Shown one piece after another: positions 26,745 to 38,545 of a stretch of DNA of 64,000 nt. This stretch comes from Octopus vulgaris (taxonomy: Eukaryota): assembly GCA_951406725.2 (NCBI GenBank), contig OX597823.1:65534001-65598000 (forward strand). The letters are read 5' to 3'. The translations under genes were made by a program, and so were the position numbers. The notes below the pieces were generated by a model. The model saw only the letters and a list, made by a program, of their open reading frames with translations. It did no database searches and had not been told where the DNA came from. The stretch's first letter is position 1. The number at the start of each line of letters is the position of its first letter.

Positions 26745-26875
26745 GGGAGCGAGATGGTCGATTACGTCTACCCAACTACTCGACTCGGCGGAATTTGATT
26801 TCAGAACGTGAAGTCGGACGAAATCTCGTTAGTCGTTTTGCTCGGCGTTCTATCGAATCTGACAATTTGGCGCAT
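26745..26875 (-). mobile_element. SINE family B fragment
   Basis: CTCGGCGGAATTTGATTTCAGAACGTGAAGTCGGACGAAAT matches the 41051-41100 segment. Confidence 0.75.
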
Positions 26876-28997
26876 TTATACCCATATTTTTTGATCGGTG
26901 TATACGTATACTAAACTAGATTGTATTCATTTTTATTATATTTGATGTACTAGTTTTTAATTCACTTAAATGTGCTTATTATAATTTCCCTTGGCGTCAT
27001 TACTAGTCATACTCATAGCCATACACATATATCACGTGCACATGTTTGTGTAATGTAACATCGTTTTTGTTTCTCAGATGTTTTTGAAAACGTGTTTTGA
27101 AGCAGATATTGTACATTTACAGGAGATTCTGCAAACGCAAAAGCAAAAGTATTGTTTCACGTTCATTTCTGTTTTATAGATAATTAAATAATTAGTCAAC
27201 CAGTTGTTTGGTAAAAGTCTCCCACCTCTCCGCAATGAACATCTTGCAAGCTTATAGCAGTCTCGCTAAATTTGTAACAGGTAAATGTTTCTTTTGTGAG
27301 TAACATTCATATGTATTAGATTTCGAAGAAATGCACTTCAACCGAACTAAATTTATCGGAAAATAATACACATACACATATACACACACTTATATGTATA
27401 TATATATATATATAATGGAAATATGTTTCAAAAAGAAAATAGAACCTACACGTGGAAACGATATGGGGAAAGTAAGAAGAAAAAAGGGAAAATGCACATT
27501 GGATATCAAAAAGAATAAAAGCTTTTTTTATGAACTGAGCTAGAATTAAAATGAATAAAAGTCATTATTATGAATTGTTAAAGGGATTCAAATCCATACC
27601 GGGTTCGTCAATTACTCTTCACTGACTTTGAATGCGCACCGATTACCAAACGGATTTAGATGGCAACTTGATACAAACTGACAAACAAACAAAGAACTTT
27701 CTTTTATATATGTATAAGATGTACATATGTATGTATGCATCCGTGTATGTATAATATATGTGTATATATATGTATGTGTGTGTGAGAGAGAGAGAGAATG
27801 TGCGTGTGTATATATATATGCATGTATAGCATATATAGTCAAACTATGTAAAACTATATGTAATTCCTATCAAACATGTTCAGTTCTACTTTGTTGCAGT
27901 TGTGTACTCACCTAATATGCATACATACATACATTCATACATACATGTTCACATGCATACATGCAAACATGCATACATATATGACCACAGATATGTATCC
28001 ATAACCTATTATATGTGTATCAGTAGATGTGCATATATGCATAAACACGTTAGTATTCGTATACATACCTAAGTAAGAACACACACACGCATATATATAT
28101 AGCCAAATTTGTAGTATCCAACTTTTCCGTGGTGACATCTACGCAATTTTTAATGCATATTTGTACATCAAGTCATTCAATGGCGCTTCTGTTTCTTTTA
28201 AAATCATAAAAGATTTATGTCTATGTATGAATATATTAAAGGAATACATTTTAATGGAGCGTAATTCTGGTTTTCAAAGATGATTGCATTCCTTTCAAAA
28301 TGATTCATAAGAGACTTTTCGACAGGTATGGCCAATATGAGTACAATAGATCGCTACAAATACAGCAGACATTTCAACTATTATAAATATACTAACTATA
28401 GAACAGATGCACATATTACCGAAAGTCTTGTAATTCTTAACATAATATTCTTCATGCTGAACTATAAATTCTCAGCTATAATTTGCTACAAAGAAGTTAA
28501 AATCAAAAGCCTCTTTAAGCTCAAACCACAAATATGTAAATGATCGATGTTATTTATGATGTCGATTGTAAATATGCAAATTGAAATTCTCATGATACTT
28601 ATACTTGCCATATATATAAAACATTTTCACAATGGTTCGTCATGCGCATAGAACACAGTGTACAGTTGGATAGCATTACACCAAACAACAGAAACGAAAA
28701 CTACATCGTAAAACATTAACTGTCAGCACAAACATGTGATATACTTTTCTTCATAAATATAATATTCATGATTAAAGTGTTACTAGCCAAACGACGAAAT
28801 ACTGATAGAAAGTGCTAGACAACCTGTACATGGCACAAATGAAATAAGTATGCGATAACGTACAATCTCACAGTCTCGTTTCGATTTCCGATGGTAAAAC
28901 AAATTAACGTACAATAAAACAAATGTTATTCATTTAACCCCCTTAAAACATGAGAGGAAATTATGAATGATTACAGATATTGATGATAACCCTTAAA

Positions 28998-29074
28998 TTT
29001 AAACTGGTCGTGTGCATACGTGCATATATATGTATGTATACGTTCGTATATGTAAGTATATCGTATGTTGTATG

Positions 29075-29146
<72 letters not shown>

Positions 29147-29355
29147 TATCTGAGTGTATTCCACTGATGAAGGCAAAACATTTCTTATGCAGAGCCAGAA
29201 ATCCAGGATCTGGAATTATCCAGTAATTGTTTTGCTAGTTTATTTTGTCTCTTTGTCTTCTCTCCTGGTGCTGTATGAACATTTAATGTGGTTTTAGAGT
29301 CAAGTTTTGACTGCTATATCTAGCATAGTTGGTATCTCTTAGATACCCTTAATTA

Positions 29356-29407
<52 letters not shown>

Positions 29408-29693
29408 TAAACTTCATACTTTGTACAAATATATGTATGCATGAATAGTTATATATATATATATATATATAATTATAATTAAGGGTATCTAAGGGATACC
29501 AACCATGCTAGATATAGCAGTCAAAACTTGACCCTAAAACCACATTAAATGTTCATACAGCACCAGGAGAGAAGACAAAGAGACAAAATAAACTAGCAAA
29601 AAAAATTACTGGATAATTCCAGATCCTGGATTTCTGGGTCTGCATAAGAAATGTCTTGCCTTCATCAGTGGAATACACTCAGATAACACATAA

Positions 29694-29737
<44 letters not shown>

Positions 29738-29808
29738 ACATACGATATACTTACATATACGAACGTATACATACATATATATGCACGTATGCACACAACC
29801 AGTTTAAA
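28998..29808. repeat. ~810-bp near-perfect palindrome (inverted duplication) containing two HHR modules
   Basis: 28998-~29400 is the reverse complement of ~29450-29808, including unique flank, (TA)n and a ~215-bp HHR module. Confidence 0.95.
29158..29216 (+). ncRNA. Type-I minimal hammerhead ribozyme (family H2); mirror copy at 29616-29674 minus
   Basis: ATTCCA-CTGATGA-aGGC..GCCa-GAAA-TCC-a-GGA-TC-TGGAAT. Intact core, 6-bp stem I, 1-nt loop 3, AUC triplet. Confidence 0.75.
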
Positions 29809-29851
29809 ACTGTCCGATGAACGGCAACGGGAAACTCAGAGTAACAGGTTT
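29806..29851 (+). ncRNA. Hammerhead-like motif (family H3), U4>C variant
   Basis: aaaaCTGT-CCGATGA-acggcaacgg-GAAA-CTC-a-GAG-TA-ACAGgttt. Stem I 7 of 8 bp, palindromic stem III, GUA triplet. Followed by a short tail to AATAAAG and (TA)n at 29880. Confidence 0.65.
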
Positions 29852-30067
29852 TGTTGAATTTTCTGCTGCTTTAAATAAAGTATATATATATATAGTTACT
29901 ATATTGATATGCAAACAAATACGTAATACATATTACTCGATCGCGCTGATATTTTTTCAGCCAATTTTAAGTAATGCATGAAACTCCTCAATTGTGTTTA
30001 GAGGCGTTTGCTTTGTCCACTCACTCGTATATATATATACCAATTGTGTTTAGAGGCGTTTGCTTTG

Positions 30068-30109
<42 letters not shown>

Positions 30110-30338
30110 AGTGTGTGTGTATTTATGTATATATGTTCGTTTTAATATGTAGTTACCTATGAAATTAGGCAACTATTTAATTGGAGAATTATGCGAAGTC
30201 ATTCATTAGTGCATTATATTTACTGCCAAAATCCCCCCTCTCCCATGGAGTCATAGAGTAATGGAAAGAAGTCATAACAACAGTATGTATTGAGAAATGT
30301 GTAAATGGACTTGATAGTGTAGGAGTTGTGTGTGAGCA

Positions 30339-30480
30339 CCAATGACGTCATTAATGTGATAAGGTTTATTTACTTTAAAAAGGAAATAAGCCTGAGTCAT
30401 CTCCCCTCGCGCGTAGTGTGCAGCTAGGCGACGCTGAATAGCGTAGTTATAAAAGACAGTCATCTCCATGTTCAAATATC
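30339..30480 (+). promoter_or_regulatory. Candidate RNA Pol II promoter: CCAAT + CRE + AP-1 + TATA
   Basis: CCAAT 30339-30343, TGACGTCA 30343-30350 (within the 12-bp palindrome AATGACGTCATT), TGAGTCA 30393-30399 and TATAAAAG 30448-30455, in CpG-containing unique sequence. Predicted TSS ~30478. Confidence 0.6.
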
Positions 30481-31159
30481 GTGTTTTTGCTCTATACAGA
30501 TACAAACGTCGACTCACGCAGAATATTTCTCTTTTGGTTGATCTACGTGTGCAAGTCCAGCATGGTAGCTGAAACTGGTTAAACTAATTTCTTTCGGACT
30601 TAAAACTGTCTGTGGTTCTCACATTACGCACCGTTGGAAGACAATACAAGCGGTCGTTAGATAAGTACTTCACTTTGACTCATTCTGGTGTCAATTTGTT
30701 ATGTTGACCTAAAGTCTGGCAACACGCACTCAACAAGTTCTTAAGTGAATTGCAACCAGCATTCAATTGTTCTTAGTATGATTACTTTTGTTTGAATTGA
30801 ATTTCCACTTGCATGAACACGTTCGTTTGAATTGAGTTTCCACTTGTATGAATACTCTTGAAATGAACTTCCATTTGTATGTGTACATTTTCACTGTTTT
30901 AGCATAAATCTTTTGTTGAAGATATTGTGAACTTTCTGTGTCGTCGTTATTCGTTGCTAATGAATTAACCCTATAACATATTTTAGTTGTCCCCCAAAAG
31001 GACGCACTGGATAATGTCTTAGAGAAATCACATTTTTGTTGGTGATACAGCATTCTATTGCAGCTATATGACGTGTTTTTGGATCTTGCTCGAGACTGAC
31101 ACACTTCAATAACTACTAAATAATTACACACGCTATATACCGACAAACTTTTTCCATTT

Positions 31160-31856
31160 TATTATCGCTATTAATCTTCCTCGCAACCCCCTCCGTATTT
31201 ACGATGGGGTGGGATCACTAACTATTCGAAGAAAATCCAGTTATTTGTGGTCGGTGAATTTTTGAATTTATATGCGAAGGTGGTTTATCAATTCAAAAAT
31301 CTTACTCTGGATGTTCATCGTATAGTTCGTGACCCCATTGTAGATACGAAGTATGTTACGAGGACGGTAAATACTTTGTGGGTTTTTTAATGCTAAAAAC
31401 TTTCCGGACGACCGTCTTTCTAACCTCGAAAAATATCCTAACCATTGGCCGAGCCGTCTGGCTGTGAAGAGGAAACAGTCAAAATTAGACGGACAGACAG
31501 ACGGAGATAAAGCCCTATATCGTAAGTTGGCATATCTGCCCATCTACGATGAGAAATAAAGGGATAGTATCGCAAATCTAAACCTTCTAAATTCACAAAC
31601 TATAAAGGGATGAGGGAATCCAGAGTCATTCATTGTTGCCGGAATTTTAACAAAAATATTAAAAAAATAAAAGGCGATTTATTAATAGAAAATTCAATAT
31701 CCACTAAATGATCATATTTTTTCACATTTCTTTCGCTAAAAGCCTTCCTGATTTCACCTTCGTAATCTCGATAAACACTGTGACCGTTGGTTCAGCCGTT
31801 TGAACGTGAAGATGGGGCGGTCAGACAGACGGACATAACACCCATTATAGTAAGAT
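31160..31856 (-). mobile_element. Two adjacent non-autonomous Helitron/DINE-like copies
   Basis: Both end in GACAGACAGACGGA...TA(T/G)(C)GTAAG (~31490-31527 and ~31822-31856), the reverse complement of a TCTTAC(T/G)AT..GTCTGTC head. Confidence 0.55.
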
Positions 31857-33870
31857 TTTATTTTTGCAAGGAAAAGCTCCACAATACGAATTTTCAGCTT
31901 AGCAGACATCATCCCTGATGATGACGGTCATCCAAGCTTTGATATAACTGTCAACTTTTTCCATGTAAAACTAAAATATGTTGACTCTTCCGAAAGGTAT
32001 TAAGTATTAAAAGTATTAATTTCATTCTGTTGTTGTTGACAACTGCGACATAATTACTCTGACATATCAATTTAGAATCGTGCATAATTTCGTTGAAGTA
32101 ATTCACCACTGGTGGGTGGCTAAACGAGAAGGAAATGAAGATATTTTATTATACACCCACATCTAATAATTAATTACATTATAATCATTACTGAGATATT
32201 TCTATATAATTATTATATCATCTTATCATTAAACTCGTAATGAAAATAATTATCATTATCAAACATTAATACCATTAGTTTAATATTTCCTATTCATACA
32301 ATATTTTAAGTGATAATATTTCTCATTGTTTTTCTTGCTTATGGGTATTAATTACACCGTAATATCAATAAAATTCCTGGCCTTAGTAAATGCAACATAT
32401 AACTGACCACGACTGTGGCAATTAAATCCATCTTTTATTAAATACTTGACCCTGCGCTTGCTTATCATTAAATAAGTTAATCTGACAGTGAACTGTTTTT
32501 TGTAAAGTTAAGCATAAATTTCAGTCAGTAAATATCACTTGAACTCTCAACTCTTCATACTGTCTGCTGCATAATTTCCAAAGCCCAAATTTTCAAATAA
32601 ATAGTTAATTCAATAACCAAATAAATTAATAGCTTGTAGTTTCAAGTCAAAGCGATTGCTGGATTGATACATTACTTAATAACGATATAACTGAACCTAT
32701 TTTGATATTCAATATGTGTGGTGGCCTTCCAGAAGGAGTAATTTGAATTAGATAATGCTATTGCGCAGCGTTCATTATCTGCTTGATTATTACTAACAAT
32801 TTTAGTAAAATACTTTTGAACATTTTCTGGTAGTAGTTCTAAATATGTATCGTATAAAAATGATAATAAGAGTCAGTAGAGGTAAATATTACATACGATG
32901 GTCTCTTTGCCTCAGATGTTTCATAAAAAATAGAATTTACGATAAAGTTTACAATACATGAAAATAATAGTACAGTGACACCCCCTGATATTAATCCCGA
33001 CATATTCCGTCTATTTCCCTTTCGAAACTGAAACAGCCTATTCTTGTAACGTCTCATATTTTGTGTTAGGTGATATTATCTAAAATGCTGATAGGTATGT
33101 GATCTCTTAAGATATATATCTACAATAACACACAGTGATGTTCATGGAAGACTCGCAAAACTTGTCTGTGATCTTTCCTCAATAAGTTGATTATGCCTCC
33201 AAAATTGCAATTGATAACAATAATAACTTCAAGGCATCTATCACATGAATTGCAAAAGTACGTAGCATACACTCTTTATCAACGTACATTAAATGTTAAT
33301 CCCTTAAGAAACGAACTTACCCAGATATAGGAGATATATTACAAGTGCTTACATCGACTACAATTATTAGTAGTTTAAATAAGCAATGTAATGTCTTATC
33401 ACCTAATACAAATTTGCATCAGCCCTTTTCCACAGACCAGTTGATGCATAAAAATTGTTGTTTCCAAGATGCGAAATACATATTAACTTTTACCCGTCCT
33501 TTTAGAACTTTATTATGAAAGCATATACATTTCAAAAATACCTTTCTTCATTTAACTATACTAACGTTTCATCATCTATTATTGGTTGTTCGTTTTCAGA
33601 TGTTTAAATAAACTGATATATTTATAGAAATTGTTTTTACGCCCCTGGTGTTATGCTCACTGACAATATGTTCCGTTTTCAATACGATAATGCGATATTT
33701 TTGGAGTCCTCCATGTTCAAAAACTAATAAAGTGTCTCAAAGCTGAATTTCATTTTAAAGATTGCAAAAGGCACGCACAATTACCAATATTATTCAAATA
33801 TAAGGCGACATTCGCAAAAATGGTGCTCCCTCTAAAGCTTTAAATGCGCTTTGTCGTTTTTCAAATGTCC

Positions 33871-34262
33871 GTGATGAGAAGCTTGCTTACCAACCACATG
33901 GTTCCAGGTTCAGTCCCACTACGTGGCACCTTGGGCAAGTATCTTCTACTATAGCCTCGGGCCGACCAAAATCTTGCGAGTGGATTTGGTAGACGGAAAC
34001 TGAAAGAAGCCCGTTGTATAGTTGTATATGTATACATATATATATATGTGTGTGTGTGTTTGTGTGTCTGTGTTTGTCCCCCCACCATCGCTTGGCAATC
34101 AATGGTGGTGTGTTTACGTCCCCGTAACTTAGTGGTTCGGCAAAAGAGACCGATAGAATAAGTACTAGGCTTAGAAAGAATAAGTCCTGGGGTCGATTTG
34201 CTCGACTAAAGGCGGTGCTCCATCATGGCCACAATCAAATGACTGAAACAAGTAAAAGAATA
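33871..34262 (+). mobile_element. SINE family A (tRNA-derived, internal microsatellite; resembles octopus OR-type SINEs)
   Basis: B-box GGTTCAGTCCC, central GGCACCTTGGGCAAG, internal (TA)(TG)n and tail GGCGGTGCTCCA.CATGGCC..GACTGAAACAAGTAAAAG. Colinear with 49721 and 50299. Confidence 0.92.
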
Positions 34263-34399
34263 TAAAACATAAGAGTATTCATAACTTTTTAAAAAAGCTT
34301 AATTTTTTTATTGAATTCGCCAGATTCCTTCTAGCTTCTACCGTTGAGAAGGCAATAGTCTTTTACGAAAATGTCGACACTTGTGACTCACTGAATACA

Positions 34400-34445
34400 T
34401 GCTGCTGCTGCGACTACTACCACCACCACCACCACCACCACCACC

Positions 34446-34543
<98 letters not shown>

Positions 34544-34595
34544 TTATAATAATAATAATAATTATAATGATGATGATGATAATGATAATAATAAA
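34400..34595. repeat. Compound triplet array (CTG)(CTA)(CCA)(CTA)(ATA)
   Basis: Direct reading. Confidence 0.95.
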
Positions 34596-35105
34596 GCTAT
34601 AAACAGAGAAGGAAGAATAAAGGAGAAAGGAATTGTAGTGAATTTCGCCCAGTGAATCTCAGGCAATCGCTATATAAAAAAAAACTTCAACACACATCCA
34701 GAGGCGGTGTTTTATAAAAAAAAGTAAACGCTGTAAAGACGGAGCCATCTCTTAATGTCACAGCCCAAAAGAAGAGTGAGAAGCAGATAACATGACTACA
34801 ATGAAGAGATTTGTGCAACACTCACACCAAAACATACAGGAATAGACTCATACAGTAAATACTCAATAAAATGAACAAACCCCACGGTATGTGCCATAGA
34901 AGCCCGATACCCAACAGAAGAACACTACCTGCACTGCACAAAAACACATAATACAAAGACTAATACACAAGAAGACTCAAATCAAACCCCTAACAAAATA
35001 TATTGATTCAATACAATATTCCCCAAACGAAAAAGAAATGCTGCACCCCCTTACCACCATGAAAGTGCAGCAAATGATAGAAAAAAAGTTATTTGAAATT
35101 ACCAC

Positions 35106-36850
35106 ATGTTCAATAATACTAGTGGAGATGACGATGGTGTTGAACATTTAAGGACCTTTAAGAGAAGGCTTCCCTACTCGCTCGGCAGTGGTTCTGAAAA
35201 GATGCAGACAGACTACAGCTGTTATCCTAACACAGCATCACCAGATAATAGTGTAAAGGGCAGGAAGTGGACCAGTGAAGAAAACCCGATAGTGATGCAC
35301 TGCTACTTAGAAAGTGAACTGAAAAGAAGGGTTTATAGAAAACAGAGGTTAACAAGTTGGGTGGAGATGGGTATGTTTAAAGTGATTGAGCAGAGACTAT
35401 TAGAGCATGCTAATGTTATTAAGAGGGAAAGTAGATGGCAGAATTGGAGGTGGAAGAGATCACAAAAGAACTGGAAAAGAAAGACCAGGTAGTAGAAAAG
35501 ACAAACAGCATAAAGGATAGTATCAAAGAAGTATCTAAAGGAAAAAAGTAATAGCACTACTAGGAAGGAACTACTGTCATCAACGATTTAAACGATTTAA
35601 GTGAGCAAAATCAAAACATATTAGATGAGATGCAGGAAGCAATGAGTAGCAAAGATTGCTATCCTTAAAAAGGTGCCAAAAGAAGGAACGTGCTAGTTAT
35701 GACTAGGATAGTAGATTCTATTGTTGCAGGATATATACTAAAAATATAGGTGACACTAACTTACTATGTAAAAAGAGTAATAGCTACTAGAAGATTAGCT
35801 ATTCCTCAAAGAAAGACTGAAGAAGAACAAATGCGGAATAGGAGATTACAAAATAAATTGAAGATTTAAAACAAGATCTGTATAGAACAAAAGCCTGGAA
35901 ACTAAACGAATTAGGAAATACAAGATTCAAATCTTCACTTGAGAAAAGATACTTATTGAAAGAGAAATGATTTGAGACAATGATGAAAGTGTTGAAACAG
36001 TGTATCATATCAGTAGTAGGTGAGCTTTACTGATATCAGAAAAGAATAGATCAGTATCAACGGCGTAGATTATTTGAGATAAGATTAGCGGAGATTTTGA
36101 TGCCGAATATATAATGGAGTAGAAAGTAATGAAGATGTAAAACCTAATGCAGGAAAAGCTAGAACAACAAGAAGCAGTGAGTGAGAAGCAGCCAGATCTA
36201 AGATTCTGTGAATTAGTGAGCACGGATAGATTATAAGAAAGCCCGTGACAGGATTCCATGCTGCCATAGGTATACTGTCAGCATTGCAGACAACATAAGA
36301 GAATTACTTAGCTTTAGTATAAAGAAATCGAAAGATATCTATTCACAGGACACAGCTCTATGGAAAGTTAATATCAAGCGAGGAATTTTCCAAGAAGACT
36401 CATTATCCCTTTTAATATTTGTCTTAAGTTTATTCCCCCTCTATTTAAGTATTAAGGTAAGCAAAATTAGGGCATCACTTCAGAAATAGTGAGGGAAAAA
36501 TTAACCAGTTGCTCTATATGGATGATCTGAAGATTTTTAGTAATAATAAAAACGAAATAGATTCCTTAATACAAAATGTATAACACTTCAGCAAAGATAT
36601 AGGTTTGGAGTTTGGCATAGATAAATGTGCAATATTAGTCATGAAAAAGAGACTGGTAGTCAAGAGAGAAGGCATCCAATTACCAGATGGCCTGACATTA
36701 AAATCATTGAAAGAAAGAGGGAGTTATAAGTATATCGGGGTAGTAGAATCTGCTAGAGTATTAACTATAAAAATGAAGTACAATGGAGTACATCAGAGGA
36801 AGATAATGAAGTCATGGCAAAATGGTCCGAATCTAGTGAAGGCTGTAAAG
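35106..36850 (+). mobile_element. R4/Dong-like non-LTR retrotransposon remnant (Myb-like N-terminus plus RT)
   Basis: RKWTSEENPIVMHCYLES...YRK...W..MGMFKVIEQRL (Myb-like), NIKRGIFQEDSLS (~36370), INQLLYMDDLK (~36500), DIGLEFGIDKCA, YKYIGV. Multiple stops and deletions. Confidence 0.88.
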
Positions 36851-37074
36851 TGTCAGCAAATATACCACATGCACTGACCTGTAATTCTCATGCTTGCAAC
36901 GTCTGTGGGCTTCTTTGCAAATCTTTGGCGGGACTTAAATATGGCATTCCACATAAGTACTGTGACTGACAAAGAAAGAATGGGCTGTCAAATCCTCATG
37001 CGTCTAAACTGACTAAACTGACAGGTAAGTCCATCATATATGCGTGTGTGTGTGTGTGTATGTGTGTGTGTGTG

Positions 37075-37322
37075 AAGGCGTGTGGCTTAGTAGTTAGAGT
37101 GTTGGAGTCATGATCGCAAGATTGTTGCTTTGATCCCTGAACCGGGCAACGCGTTGTGTTCTTGAACACGACACGTCGTTTCACGCTGCTCCATTCCACT
37201 CAGCTAGCTAAAATGAGTAGTCCTACGACGGATCAGCGTCCTATCCAGCTAAGGAATATATACACTATTGAGACCGGGAAGCCAGCCATCATGAGCCTGG
37301 CATGGCTCGAAAAGGAAGCATT

Positions 37323-37325
<3 letters not shown>
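37075..37325 (+). mobile_element. SINE family C (tRNA-derived), near-full copy
   Basis: A-box TGGCTTAGTAG, B-box-like TTTGATCCC, core GTGTTCTTGAACACGACAC, tail GAGACCGGGAAGCCAGCC..ATGAGCCTGGCATGGCTCG. Related fragments at 6530-6640, 40490-40660, 44505-44650, 54196-54300 and 55462-55540 (minus). Confidence 0.85.
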
Positions 37326-37364
<39 letters not shown>

Positions 37365-37639
37365 CGTGCGTGTGCGAATGTATGCATATATGTGTGTATG
37401 TATGTATGTATGTATGCATATGTGTATATAGATGGGGAGGTAGATTAATGCACTATAAAACATATACAAACTCCGATATGGATAGCTCATAAGAAGACCG
37501 TCTCCAAAGTAAGTGGTTCAAGCGTAAGTCCCACTATACGGTTGTTTGACCAGGTATTCTCTACTAAACACCCAACCTTAGTGATGTGATACGAAACTAC
37601 AATCATCCGTCCTATTTAGTGTGTATGCTGGTATGATTC

Positions 37640-37652
37640 ATATACATATATG

Positions 37653-37707
<55 letters not shown>

Positions 37708-37910
37708 ATAAAATCACACTCACTCACATATTTGTATACGCGCACACACACACACACACATATATATATGCATATATGTATGAGTGTATATGTATACATA
37801 TATCTGCATATTAGTACATATATATATATATATAAATATATATGTAATTATATATATTTATGTATATATATATGTATATATATGTGTATATATATATGTA
37901 TATATATATG

Positions 37911-37962
<52 letters not shown>
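37640..37962. repeat. TA/TG-rich microsatellite block
   Basis: Direct reading. Confidence 0.9.
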
Positions 37963-37965
<3 letters not shown>

Positions 37966-38354
37966 TTTATCTCTTAACTGTTTAAGTTAGTTGTCTGCGG
38001 CCGTGCTGGTGCACTGCTTTCAATAATTTCGTTCTGGTTCAAGAACGAAAATTGTTTCCGATATGTTTATTTAATGAGTTTTATTGTTTTAAAAGGTGAC
38101 GGAGCGTGTATTTGTGTGCGTTTCTAAATATATGCGCATGTGTGCGTCTTTGTATTCGAGTCTTACCCTCTGGTTTCTCCATGTTAACACCGTATGACAA
38201 CACGCTTTGATTCGTTTAACTCCGACTTAATATAAATCAAATATAATAATTTCCCAACCTTAGCGTATTAGGCTTATTTTTGTATCGAGTAATATCTTTT
38301 AAGGTGGTTCGATCGCGTCACGGTTGTCCAATGACGGTTTCCTGGGAGAGAAAA

Positions 38355-38545
<191 letters not shown>

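Noticed and set aside
31905-31945. CTGATGA core at ~31916
   Set aside because: No downstream GAAA or stems.
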